A stretch of 63,870 nucleotides of DNA, filler included, from Octopus bimaculoides (Eukaryota): assembly GCF_001194135.2 (NCBI RefSeq). It is 7 parts of 6 records of this genome, joined end to end, with 100 filler letters (N's around TTAATTAATTAA, not from the genome) between each part and the next. Parts side by side here need not be neighbours in the genome. Positions count along the whole stretch, not along the records: positions 30,027 to 57,351 come from NC_068984.1; 6 more parts are not named here. The stretch is one strand, 5' to 3'. Below, one piece after another: positions 36,761 to 49,444 of the stretch. The notes under the pieces were generated by a model, which was not told the DNA's origin, did no database searches, and was given only the letters and a program-made list of their open reading frames with translations. Position 1 is the stretch's first letter; each line of letters starts with the position of its first letter. Both the position numbers and the translations under genes were made by a program.

Positions 36761-38340
36761 GTAAGTTAGTGATTGCAGGAAATATATGGCGAGGAAGGAT
36801 TTCTTGAGTTGAAGCTCAGTGAAAGAGGGATTGGAACATAAAAATTAAGTTATAGTTGTTCAGTCCCAGATATATATCCAATATTCCTTTGCGGGTCTCA
36901 TTCAGTGGAGTTTCCGGCATGAAACGATATAATATATGTTTAAAGCATATGTAAATGAATACTAATAACAAGTATTATTTTTCTAAAAACCTTTTATTTT
37001 AAAGGTAAAACAGCTGGAAAGAGGGTACATGCATGAAGTATACTTATTTGGCTCTGACTTAAATAACAAGGGTCACCCACTGCAGTTTTATAGAGAGTCA
37101 GCTGGAGTACTTTCTATCCATGGAATGTTGAAAACAATTTGAATTGTATGTCGAATTGTTTACTTGTTTCAGTCATTGGACTGCAGTCATACTGGGACTC
37201 CATTTTGAGGGATTAGAGTCGAACAATTTTCTTTTATTTTTGAAAGATATTTTATCGAACCGCTAATGATACGGGTCGTAAACNNNNNNNNNNNNNNNNN
37301 NNNNNNNNNNNNNNNNNNNNNNNNNNNNNNNNNNNNNNNNNNNNNNNNNNNNNNNNNNNNNNNNNNNNNNNNNNNNNNNNNNNNNNNNNNNNNNNNNNNN
37401 NNNNNNNNNNNNNNNNNNNNNNNNNNNNNNNNNNNNNNNNNNNNNNNNNNNNNNNNNNNNNNNNNNNNNNNNNNNNNNNNNNNNNNNNNNNNNNNNNNNN
37501 NNNNNNNNNNNNNNNNNNNNNNNNNNNNNNNNNNNNNNNNNNNNNNNNNNNNNNNNNNNNNNNNNNNNNNNNNNNNNNNNNNNNNNNNNNNNNNNNNNNN
37601 NNNNNNNNNNNNNNNNNNNNNNNNNNNNNNNNNNNNNNNNNNNNNNNNNNNNNNNNNNNNNNNNNNNNNNNNNNNNNNNNNNNNNNNNNNNNNNNNNNNN
37701 NNNNNNNNNNNNNNNNNNNNNNNNNNNNNNNNNNNNNNNNNNNNNNNNNNNNNNNNNNNNNNNNNNNNNNNNNNNNNNNNNNNNNNNNNNNNNNNNNNNN
37801 NNNNNNNNNNNNNNNNNNNNNNNNNNNNNNNNNNNNNNNNNNNNNNNNNNNNNNNNNNNNNNNNNNNNNNNNNNNNNNNNNNNNNNNNNNNNNNNNNNNN
37901 NNNNNNNNNNNNNNNNNNNNNNNNNNNNNNNNNNNNNNNNNNNNNNNNNNNNNNNNNNNNNNNNNNNNNNNNNNNNNNNNNNNNNNNNNNNNNNNNNNNN
38001 NNNNNNNNNNNNNNNNNNNNNNNNNNNNNNNNNNNNNNNNNNNNNNNNNNNNNNNNNNNNNNNNNNNNNNNNNNNNNNNNNNNNNNNNNNNNNNNNNNNN
38101 NNNNNNNNNNNNNNNNNNNNNNNNNNNNNNNNNNNNNNNNNNNNNNNNNNNNNNNNNNNNNNNNNNNNNNNNNNNNNNNNNNNNNNNNNNNNNNNNNNNN
38201 NNNNNNNNNNNNNNNNNNNNNNNNAACAGGTATATAGTCCATTTTTTGTATTATCATGCATTGTTGCACCATTCAAAATTTGTTATTCTTTACAAACAAT
38301 ACACAATGCTTCAAGCGAACTACAATACTCTCATATATAT

Positions 38341-38344
<4 letters not shown>

Positions 38345-38384
<40 letters not shown>

Positions 38385-38590
38385 GTTTATCCCCCCCACC
38401 GACCATCGCTTGACAACCAATGTTAGAGTGTTTACGTCCCCGTAACTTAGCGGTTCGGCAAAACAGACCGATAGAATAATTACTAGGCTTACAAAGAACA
38501 AGTCCTGGAGTCGATTTCTTCGACTAAAACTCTTTAAAGTGGTGCTACAGTATGATCGCAGTCAAATGACCGAAACACGTAAAAGAATAT
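38345..38590 (+). mobile_element. SINE B 3' half
   Basis: (TG)n then accatcgcttgacaacc...gtttacgtccccgtaacttagcggttcggc...gaccgaaacacgtaaaag. Confidence 0.88.
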
Positions 38591-38689
38591 ATACATACTA
38601 CGAGCTTCCGCACAGTTTCGTCTACCAAATTTACTCACAAGACATTGGTCGGCCTGGTGCTGTTCTAGAAGACACTTGCTCAAGTTATC

Positions 38690-39074
38690 GTTGTTGTTGG
38701 CACTCCGTCGCTTACGACGTCGAGGGTTCCAGTTGATCCGATCAACGGAACAGCCTGCTCGTGAAATTAACGTGCAAGTGGCTGAGCATTCGACAGACAC
38801 GTATACCATTAACGTAGTTCTCGGAGAAATTCAGCGTGACACAGTGTGACAAGACTGACATTTTGACTTACAGGCACAACAGAAAAAGGAAGTAAGAGTG
38901 AGAGAAAGTTGTTGTGAACGAGTACAGCAGGGTTCACCACCATCCCCTGCTGGAGCCTCGTGGAGCTTTAGGGTATTTCGCTCAATAAACACTCACAACG
39001 CCCGGTCCGGGAATCGAAACCGCGATCCTATGACCGCGAGTCCGCTGCCCTAACCACTGGGCCATTGCGCCTCC
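38690..39074 (-). mobile_element. Full-length SINE C (tRNA-Arg-like head), inserted at a SINE B head with an 11-bp TSD
   Basis: Minus-strand ggaggcgcaatggcccagtggttagggcagcggactcgcggtc...gtttcgattcc, with (AAC)n tail. TSD ctcaagt(t/g)atc at 38679-38689 and 39078-39088. Confidence 0.92.
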
Positions 39075-40087
39075 ACTCTCAAGTGATCATACACAGTGGA
39101 AATAAGTATGATGAACTCACATCTGATTATCCAATACTCTGTTAATTCGACCTTACAGTGTATCTCTAGGGTTCATATGACTTGTGCAGTTCTTGTAATT
39201 TTAAGTAGATACAAAATAAATTTCAATCACTGGATCACACAACTGTTTAATCAAAGATGGTTTCTTTTCCTTTGCATATTTGGCAGAATACCGAACTCTT
39301 TCGTACATTTTATTGATCCCAATAGAACAATCATAAACTGAACGAGAGTAATTCAGAGTTAATCATAAATAAAAATATATATTTCTAGGTTTGACTTAAA
39401 ATCATATTGAGGTTAGAAAGGAATATAATTCCCAGCCTTATTCTTATTGTTTGATATAGTGGAGGCTATCATGTTCCCTTACTCGGGCAAATTTTACATC
39501 TGTCAATATCCATAATAAATCACACACACACACACACACACACATAACCAGGGCTGTGAGGTAAGAAGCTTGCTTCCCAAGCACATATTTCCAGGTTCTG
39601 TTCCACTTCGTGATACCTTGGGCAAGTGTCTTCTACAATAGTCTTGGGCCGATCAAAGTCTTCTGAGTGGATTGTATATGTNNNNNNNNNNNNNNNNNNN
39701 NNNNNNNNNNNNNNNNNNNNNNNNNNNNNNNNNNNNNNNNNNNNNNNNNNNNNNNNNNNNNNNNNNNNNNNNNNNNNNNNNNNNNNNNNNNNNNNNNNNN
39801 NNNNNNNNNNNNNNNNNNNNNNNNNNNNNNNNNNNNNNNNNNNNNNNNNNNNNNNNNNNNNNNNNNNNNNNNNNNNNNNNNNNNNNNNNNNNNNNNNNNN
39901 NNNNNNNNNNNNNNNNNNNNNATATTTCTAGGTTTGACTTAAAATCATATTGAGGTTAGAAAGGAATATAATTCCCAGCCTTATTCTTATTGTTTGATAT
40001 AGTGGAGGCTATCATGTTCCCTTACTCGGGCAAATTTTACATCTGTCAATATCCATAATAAATCACACACACACACACACACACACA

Positions 40088-40243
40088 TAACCAGGGCTGT
40101 GAGGTAAGAAGCTTGCTTCCCAAGCACATATTTCCAGGTTCTGTTCCACTTCGTGATACCTTGGGCAAGTGTCTTCTACAATAGTCTTGGGCCGATCAAA
40201 GTCTTCTGAGTGGATTGTATATGTCTGTGTGTGTGTGTGTGTC

Positions 40244-40275
<32 letters not shown>

Positions 40276-40505
40276 CTATGCGTGTGTGTGTCTTTGTGTC
40301 TGTGTTTGCACCCCGCATCACCACTTGACAACCGGAGTTGGTGAGTTTACGTCCCCGTAATCCAGCTGTTTGACAAAAGAGTGCGATAGAATAAAACCAA
40401 GCTTAAAGAATATGTCCTGCGGTTGATTTGTTCGACTAAAACGTCTTTCAAGGCGATGCTCCAGCATGTCCATATCCAAATGATCTAAACACGTAAAAGA
40501 ATAAA
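40088..40505 (+). mobile_element. Near full-length SINE B
   Basis: Head ggctgtgaggtaagaagcttgcttccc, CORE-like ccttgggcaagtgtctt, internal (TG)n, and 3' body ending aaaagaataaaagaat. Confidence 0.88.
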
Positions 40506-41019
40506 AGAATATTTATATGTGTATGTGTGTGTGTGTGTGTGTGTTAGATAATAAAACGTATGGTATACATCTCNNNNNNNNNNGTGTATGTGTGTATATT
40601 TATAAGAGAGACAGAGAGAGAGAGAGAGAGAAAGGAAAGCGTATGGCGTTGTGGTTAGGGGTATTTGGCGCACGATCTAAAGGTTGTGAGTTCGATTCCC
40701 AGAGGATTGTTGTGTCCTTGAGCAAGACACACAAGGACAGGAAACGTTCCTCCTATACTCTTTCGCACTGCTTCTGTCACCAAATTCCACTCACAAGACT
40801 TTGCTGGAAGACTATTGTAGAAGACACATGTCCAACATTACTGCAATGGAATCGAACCCAAAACTACATAACTGAGTATCAAGTATCTACACAACCACAT
40901 TTATTTATAATGATGCATTATTATGTTTAATTATATATAATTATATTTTATTATATAATTATGTATAAGCTGAACAAAATTATTAGCTATATTCCTTCTG
41001 GCTTTACGTTTAAATACCG

Positions 41020-41155
41020 CCGACGTCAATTTTGACCTTCATTTCTTAGGGGTCGATGAAATAAAGTACAAGAGAAGTACTGGAGTCGATGCTCCCTCGA
41101 CTTGCTCCCTCCTCTAAAAGTTGTTTGCCTTGTGCCAAAATTAGAACACACATTA
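41020..41155 (+). mobile_element. Diverged SINE A 3' half, tail type C
   Basis: ggggtcgatgaaataaagtac...gccttgtgccaaaattagaa. Confidence 0.65.
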
Positions 41156-41959
41156 TATAGTTAAATATTTGTAGTCTTANNNNNNNNNNNNNNNNNNNNN
41201 NNNNNNNNNNNNNNNNNNNNNNNNNNNNNNNNNNNNNNNNNNNNNNNNNNNNNNNNNNNNNNNNNNNNNNNNNNNNNNNNNNNNNNNNNNNNNNNNNNNN
41301 NNNNNNNNNNNNNNNNNNNNNNNNNNNNNNNNNNNNNNNNNNNNNNNNNNNNNNNNNNNNNNNNNNNNNNNNNNNNNNNNNNNNNNNNNNNNNNNNNNNN
41401 NNNNNNNNNNNNNNNNNNNNNNNNNNNNNNNNNNNNNNNNNNNNNNNNNNNNNNNNNNNNNNNNNNNNNNNNNNNNNNNNNNNNNNNNNNNNNNNNNNNN
41501 NNNNNNNNNNNNNNNNNNNNNNNNNNNNNNNNNNNNNNNNNNNNNNNNNNNNNNNNNNNNNNNNNNNNNNNNNNNNNNNNNNNNNNNNNNNNNNNNNNNN
41601 NNNNNNNNNNNNNNNNNNNNNNNNNNNNNNNNNNNNNNNNNNNNNNNNNNNNNNNNNNNNNNNNNNNNNNNNNNNNNNNNNNNNNNNNNNNNNNNNNNNN
41701 NNNNNNNNNNNNNNNNNNNNNNNNNNNNNNNNNNNNNNNNNNNNNNNNNNNNNNNNNNNNNNNNNNNNNNNNNNNNNNNNNNNNNNNNNNNNNNNNNNNN
41801 NNNNNNNNNNNNNNNNNNNNNNNNNNNNNNNNNNNNNNNNNNNNNNNNNNNNNNNNNNNNNNNNNNNNNNNNNNNNNNNNNNNNNNNNNNNNNNNNNNNN
41901 NNNNNNNNNNNNNNNNNNNNNNNNNNNNNNNNNNNNNNNNNNNNNNNNNNNNNNNNTGT

Positions 41960-41960
41960 G

Positions 41961-42004
<44 letters not shown>

Positions 42005-42230
42005 GTATATATTTATGCCTTTCTCTGCTTGACAACTGGTGCTGATTTGTTTATGCCCCCGTAACTTTAGCGGTTCGGCAAAAGAGACCGATAAAATAAG
42101 TACCAAATTTTAAAAAGAACAACAGCAACAACAATTAAGTACCGGCGTCGATTTGCTCGACTAAAATCCCTCAAGGCGGTATTCCAGCATGGCTGCAGTC
42201 CAATGACTGAAACAAGTAGAAGATAAAAGA
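41960..42230 (+). mobile_element. SINE B 3' half
   Basis: (TG)n then gcttgacaac...cgtaactttagcggttcggcaaaagagaccg...aaggcggtattccagcatggctgcagtc. Confidence 0.85.
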
Positions 42231-42599
42231 TGAGAGATAAATGTTAAAAATGATGAATAAGTGAGGTTGCAGATAACTGAGTCACGAGGAGACACGATCT
42301 CAACTCCCGACATTTGTTACTCCATCATTGCACTGCCCAGTCTAAACTAAGCCAAGGTCACCTAACTTCTGTTGATTCAAAATATGAACCATGAGTTCAA
42401 TTCATTGCTGCAAAGATCGGAAGCTCCATTACTCTGTAGTTATGAGCTGAAGTTCTCTTGTCGGACTTGACAAGTTAACAAGGAACCTTTCGAGTATACA
42501 ACTGGTGGTTAGAATTATACTCCCGATGCTTTTGGCTCTAATATTGGATAATGTGTGTGAGGTGGTTGATATACGACAACAATTATTCCATGTTGAACG

Positions 42600-42790
42600 A
42601 ACTAACAAAGAAGCTTACATGTGGCTACTCGATCTGCTAGAAATAGCTCCCCAATCTCCCTTAAATCATACTCCTGCCTTCTTAAAAGGACAATATAGTA
42701 CCCAATGTATACAAAAAGAGGTGGCCATGGTTGGAATAATTTGGATTATAGTTTGCCGAACCAGATCTGACTCGAGAATGAGCAACAATA
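42600..42790 (+). mobile_element. Old interspersed repeat family F (likely a SINE 3' portion)
   Basis: Motif (ct)agaaatagc..c.aaatc.cc..aaatca.ac recurs in diverged form at ~20010, 43862, 44175, 44450, 46255, 49055 and 53585, several ending in gctgac..ggggctaaacaac-like sequence. Confidence 0.6.
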
Positions 42791-44745
42791 AAAGCAACGA
42801 CAACAGGAACCACAACGGCAGTAGCAGAAGAGTAGCGACTCGTTAGACTCATCATCCTTAGACGCGGGTATGACAGTGTGACTGAGACGATCATTTCGCA
42901 ATTACATGATCCGTGGTTCAATTCCAGCTGCGCGACACCTTTTCGATATGTTTTCTACAATAGCCTTGGCTCCACGAAATCCTTATGAATAAAATTTGAT
43001 AAACAGAAATAGCATGAAAGCTCATAAGAGATCTTTGGTGATCTTAGGTGAAGGCATATAAAAAAAGAGAAAGGAAGGAAAAGGTACCCACTTCCAGACA
43101 TTTTTTTAATGTCAATGTTTGAGTACTGGTCTTGTAAACCAGGCGTCGTGTGTTCGATCTTCACTGGAGACTTCTTTTAGAATGACATTTTGTGAACGAG
43201 AATAGCTTAGTGGTTTGAGTGTAGGGCTCACGGACATAAGATCATGGGTTGAATTCCTAGACCGTTACACGTTGTATCCGTGATCAAGGTACATAGTTTC
43301 ACGTTGCTTCAATCTATTCAGCTAGAAAACGACTACCAGCCGATTGCTGATGCAGCCCTTTCGCTCTTCCAGCTGTCATATCACCGCTTGTTCCATTGCT
43401 CAAAATTGACGGTCTCCATATCTGTTCACGACTACAGAGGCACCTAAAACAATTAGCAAAAACATGGTATACGCTACCAGGTCACACTCGTTTGCAAGTG
43501 ACGGCTAAGCTTTTTAAGCTTTTTACGCAAGATTCAAGGACTGTAAATTTGAAAGAAAATCAATAGAAACATGCATAAGTAAATAATTGAAGATACTCTT
43601 AGTATTTCCGACATAGCTTGAACCTAATATCACTTAGGAAACAAGCACCATTAACTCATTTGTGTCAGTTTTGTTAGTTATTTATTTATTATGTGATCGA
43701 TTTTATTCGTTTCATCCATCACGTTTCTTCTATCAAGTATTATTTTTTATTATTAAACAGACGAGTCAACCGTTTTGTCCTTCACTACGCCTTCGACATC
43801 ATGGCCACTAATAGACGTTACAAATAAAAACTTCTTGCTTGTATGTGATCGGTTTACCTGCGAGAAATAGCAACTAAATCAACCTCAGAACGTACCCTGA
43901 CGTCATGAGAAAGGAAAAAAACATTGGATATTGTAAGTCCTACACACCTCAAAAAACAACCATATGCAACCTTTTTCGAAAAGCGGGCCGCGTGAGACAT
44001 GAGTCATCATCAGCTGAACTACAATATATTACTGAAAACATTCAAGGTAATTTTTCGTTAGTAAAGCCATTCAGAAAGTGCCGCGATTGGCATTTGTCCA
44101 TGACTGTCCTAAAAAGTGATCGTAAATTTGCTTAATCAGGTTTGACAATAGCATAAACCACGAACGTCTAAGTGGTTGTTCTAGCTGCTAAAATTAGCAT
44201 CCAAATTCCCTTCAACGTATACTATCATTGTCTTTTAAAAAAAGAAAGAATGGACAAATCGAAACTCTATTGCTGATTTTCATCAGTAAGGTCTTCTATT
44301 GGATAGCGCAGTATTTGATAGTGCAGAATACAAAGACAGATGTTGAAGAGTGGAAAACTGTTAATTATAAGTCATTTCCACGAAAGTAGAGTTTGGTTTA
44401 AACAATATTACATAACAAACAGAGAGCTTCGGCGTGTTCAATTGATTTGCAAGAAATAGCAGACATATTTACTCTAAAGCATACACTGTGTTAGGTATTG
44501 TAAGAATACCATATTCGATAACGTATGATGATTTTAGACATCTTTAAATATGAGGGGATGATCATCACTGCAGCCTCGTGATCATGGGTTTGCTCAGTGT
44601 TGACCTGGGGGCTAACATCATCACCATCGCATTACCACTGCTAGCAACTGCAGCAGCAGCAGCAGTAGCAGTAACAGCAGCAACAGCAGCAGTAACAACA
44701 CCGCCACTTTCAATACCATTTACATTACGCTACTGCAGGTACCTT

Positions 44746-45087
44746 GGAGGCGCAATGGCCCAGTGGTTAGGGCAGCGGACTCGCGGTCATAGGATCGCGG
44801 TTTCGAATCCCAGACCGGGCGTTGTGAGTGTTTATTGAGCGAAAACACCTAAAAGCTCCACGAGGCTCCGGCAGGGGATGGTGGCGAACCCTGTTGTACT
44901 CTTCCACCACAACTTTCTCTTAGTTCCTGTTTCTGTTGTGCCTGTAATATCCCCGAGAACTACGTTAATAGTACACGTGTCTGTGGAGTGCTCAGCCACT
45001 TGCACGTTAATTTCACGAGCAGGCTGTTCCGTTGATCGGATCAACTGGAACCCTCGACGTCGTAAGCGACGGAGTGCCAATAACAAC
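44746..45087 (+). mobile_element. SINE C with ~40-bp internal deletion and 12-bp TSD
   Basis: Same head and tail as the other C copies. TSD actgcaggtacc at 44732-44743 and 45086-45097. Confidence 0.93.
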
Positions 45088-46495
45088 TGCAGGTACCACG
45101 TCACCGTCATTAGAAGAGCTCATCTCCTCCTCTCCAACCGTATCTGTGTTAAACGGAGACAAATTCGATAATCTGCTCCTACATGCCCTATTTTGTCTTT
45201 TATGTTTTACTTGTTTCACTCATTAGACTGCGACCATGCCGGGACACTGCCTTGGAAATAAAGCTGTGTTAATGAACATTGTAGACCCCGAGTAAAATCA
45301 ATGCATGAGGCCCTGTAGTATATATATTTATTGACAGTAAACCACAGCATACGTAAATCAGAATTGGGCCCCTACACCTCACGAAGCCCCTGGGCAACTG
45401 TCCAGTGTGACCATTCCTGACGACGATCTTGCCTGAAGGGTTTAGTCGAACAAGTCGACACCAATACATATTTCTTAAATCTCGTGCTTATTCTATCGGT
45501 CTCCTTTGTCGAACGTAGCAATAGCCATGTGTGCCTTCGTCTATCTATACCTGCACCTGTTAAAAAGCAAGACGGAACGATCATGTTTGAGAAGTCTTTG
45601 TTCATAGCTTTATTGTAACAGATCTGAGCGGTGGTTTAAGAACAACAGCTAGAACGTCTTAAATAACTTCTTGCTTATCTGCCTCACATCTAACACTGCA
45701 AGGGTAATCATTACCAAAGGTAATTGCAAATTTCAAACCTGTTGCACTTCTATCCACTACATCACATTCGCTTCCACCTGGCATACCATACCCGCTTCCA
45801 CACAGAACCTACGGGTATTTTCTTGGAGCCAATATTAGACTTCCGATCAGCGAAAAATACCAGCTCAGTCTTTCTCGGATCACAAGGAACCAATAGCTAA
45901 TGTAGTCCAAATTTCTTTGCACATCAGTAGCATACCTGCGGGGGACGCAGGGAGTAGAAAACAGGGAGGGGGCATGAAGAGTCTGGAGGCAGAGAGGAGA
46001 GTAGGAAACAGTGGGGAGGTTCACCCTAGGTGACACTTTGGGGTCTGCTGTGTAAGCCTGTATAGTGGTAGTGGGCCAGAATACTCAAGGGCTTACTCGG
46101 CTGATACGCACTCAAGCTATGTAACTGTAGTACATAAAAAAGATGGAATAGTCATAGCTGGAGCGGCTTTAATCTCAGATTTGGTAAATTAGTGCTGACC
46201 AGTAACCAAAATAAAAACAACAGCACCAACAGCAGCTATTTCGATTGTTCAACCAGCTCGAAATAGTAACCAGATATCTCAAGAATCTCACCTATTGTTG
46301 CAAAAAAGGAAGAATACATTGAATTAACGTGATCCCAGATACACACTGTATCTTAAAAATAATACAGGACGTTGATGGTTGGAATATGTTTATTAATAGG
46401 TCTACTGTTCGATGAAGGAGGACCTAAATTGGATTTGGGCAGGTAAACAACAAAAACAATAATATTAATACCATTATAACGTTTGTTCCCACTCA

Positions 46496-46554
<59 letters not shown>

Positions 46555-46652
46555 TCTTCCAGCACACACACACACACACACATACACACACAGACATATA
46601 TATTTACATACATCCGTACATACATACATGCATACATGCATGCAGGCATGTA

Positions 46653-46686
<34 letters not shown>

Positions 46687-46811
46687 CATACAATGTTCTC
46701 TGGCGAATCTCTGATTCCATTTGTCACTAATTTTCTGTTTCTTCTCTTTCAATCTTTCAACACACGCACACACATGCATATACACACATACACATGCACA
46801 CATATGCCCCC

Positions 46812-46864
<53 letters not shown>

Positions 46865-47895
46865 AGAAACATTCTCTTTCGCACTATTTTATTCTCTATT
46901 TCCCTATCTCTCTTTTGTACGCGCTGCACCAGTACATCCTCTCGCTTCTTCTTCCACCAATACTCTCTTTTACTCCTAAACATTTTCTCTTTTTTCCTCT
47001 AATTAATTGTCTCTACCACTCTCACTCATACAATGCCTTCTTTCTCAATAAATCTGCTTGTCTATCGGTCTCTGTCTGTCTCTTTTCTTGCTCTCTCTCC
47101 CTCCTTCTCAACCTCCCTAACTCGTTCCTACCTTCTCTATCACGCCCTTCTCTGTCTGTCTGTCTCTCTGTCTGTCTCTCTCTCTCTCTCTCTCGCTCTA
47201 TCACACACACACACACACACACACATACCAGGATATGGTGTTTGTCAGTTTATGCACTTTTGGAAAATATTCTTTTTTATGTTCCTACTTTGTACTGATC
47301 AGTTTTTCAAATAGCTTGTGCATTCGACTGTACAGGTTTCTCTTTGATGTCTTCTCGTCTGTATGCAGCTGCGTGCGTTTGTAATCGAATGCACACATAT
47401 TCATGCATATATACACCCGCATGCACACCTGTGTATGCTAACGTGTGCGCATGCATGGTGAAGTGATATTTGTGTAGAAGGAAGAATGTGTGTGTGTATG
47501 TGTGTGTGTGTGTGTGTGGGTGTGTGTATATGTGACATGCTAGCATATGTGTGAATGTGTATTTATTTTGAGTGCTGCTTATTTAGTTCAGTACTTCGTT
47601 CAAGTCACCATAGCCAAGGTTATGCTGGAGCATAGCAGCATGTGTACGTGTGTGTGTGTGTGTGTGTGTGTGTGCTTGTGTGCGTGCGCGTCTGTGTAAC
47701 TGTGTTCAACTGCAGTTTTATGTTTGTGTGAGGTTCCTGAGGAATTGTACCTTCTCTCAATAACAAAGCCAAGTGTTCTCATCCAACGTATATTCTTCAA
47801 AAATACAACCATAACCAACTCGGACAATGTATTTCATTTCTTGCTACTAACCTTCGATCTACACAACCTCTTTTGTTCTCAACACCAACTCTTAC

Positions 47896-47928
47896 ATCGT
47901 CGTCGCATCATCTTCGCTAGCATTTTCT
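47896..47928 (-). CDS. Candidate 33-nt microexon (ENASEDDATT or KMLAKMMRRR)
   Basis: Minus-strand acceptor acattctacag and donor GTAAGA. Length is divisible by 3. Confidence 0.2.
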
Positions 47929-48169
47929 CTGTAGAATGTATATTGTTCTTAACTTTTACACTACACGATCTACGCTGAACTTCGTCTTGGATATGTTTGA
48001 ACAACTCTAACTCTGCACAACTTCTGTCATACATCTCTATATAACCTTTGCTGTTTATGAACCCTAACATTATTGAAACATTACTCCCTTATAGACATAT
48101 TATCCACAACCCTATAATACCCAAATTTGATTCTACATAACTCCTACTCAACATTTTTGTACACATTCC

Positions 48170-48670
48170 CAAACTTGTAGAACTTTTAATTACGGAAACA
48201 TTCACTCTAAACAAACTTCTGCTTACATACACCTTTACATTTAATGAACGTCTATACTATACAGTCATGTATGTTACAACAAACAAATATCTATTTTAAA
48301 CAAACCTTTTTTCAGACAGCATTTGAATAGAAATTTATACTTTACAAAATTTATACAAAATAAATACGAAATTTATACCATAAAAACCTGTCATACAAAC
48401 ATCCACACTATACAAACTTTACTCTAAATAAACTTCTTCACTACACAAATCTGTGTCATAAGCTTTTGTCCTAAAGAAACTTCGACATACTACAAACTTC
48501 TATACTAAACAAACTTCTACCAAACACATACATCTACCTTAAGCAAACTTTTATCCTATACAGTCTCTTACACTACAGGAACCTCTGATCTAAACAAACA
48601 GCATAAACCTCTATCCTAAATAAATTTTTAGATTACTTAAACTTTATCATAGACATCCGTCCTGAAGAAA
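48170..48670. repeat. Degenerate ~17-19-bp minisatellite (CTAAACAAACTTCTATA-like)
   Basis: Recurring acaaactt/aaacttct/ctaaacaaac units. Confidence 0.6.
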
Positions 48671-48750
48671 CTTCGATGCACATGATATAACCTTTTTCAT
48701 GAAACCTGTTACACCATGAATCATAAACTAGCAATATATTCAGAGAATTA

Positions 48751-48933
48751 AGGTGGCGAACTGGCAGAATCGCTACTGCACCTGAAAAAATGCTTAGCAA
48801 TATTTCTTCTGAGTTCAAATGCCGCCATGCTCGACTTCGCCTTTCATCTTTCTGGGGTCAATAAAATAAGTACCAGTTGAGTACTGAGGTCGAAATTGCT
48901 GGCCTTGCTGGCCTTGTGCCAAAATTTGAAATT
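48751..48933 (+). mobile_element. Full-length SINE A, tail type C, with 17-bp TSD
   Basis: TSD aatatattcagag(a/c)att at 48733-48749 and 48934-48950. Tail gctggccttgtgccaaaatttgaa. Confidence 0.88.
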
Positions 48934-49406
48934 AATATATTCAGAGCATTATGCCACATACTCAACACCTTTTGCTCCACTCGAGACTTCACACCTACTT
49001 ATAATTCTGCAATATTTCAAACAACAAAAACGTTTTTATGTCGTCGATCAGTCAGCTAGAAATATCTGTTAAATCCTGCTCAGATCGTGCTCCATCGCCT
49101 CAAATAAAGAAATAACACATTTAAAAATGTAGCTTTACATATTTCTAAATGGTCGGAAGGCGTATGATCATGAGTCGGCCGGTTTGCCCGATTAGAGTTG
49201 ATCTGAGGCTAAACAAGTCTATGCTGCACATGAGAGTCCCTTAATCTACATAATATTCGCTTCAATACTTGTCTATCGATCTCTGAGGATAACTGTTTTA
49301 TAAATCTCCCTTTATATTAATGGACACTTTACGCTCAATGTCTACGCTAGGTTAATTCACAAACGCTATGACACGCACATACGCCTACACACACACACAC
49401 ACACAC

Positions 49407-49444
<38 letters not shown>

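Noticed and set aside
39379-40224. Exact 303-bp direct repeat (39379-39681 and 39922-40224)
   Set aside because: Identical copies immediately flank a gap, the typical signature of an unmerged contig overlap.
43373-43470. GST-like peptide SPLVPLLKIDGLHICS after a fair acceptor
   Set aside because: Needs gaps to align with the GST motif, has no good donor, and its phase does not match the 36725 exon. Likely chance.
44746-44820. tRNA-Arg gene (and other tRNA-like segments)
   Set aside because: All are SINE heads continuing into SINE bodies, and their cloverleaf stems do not pair.
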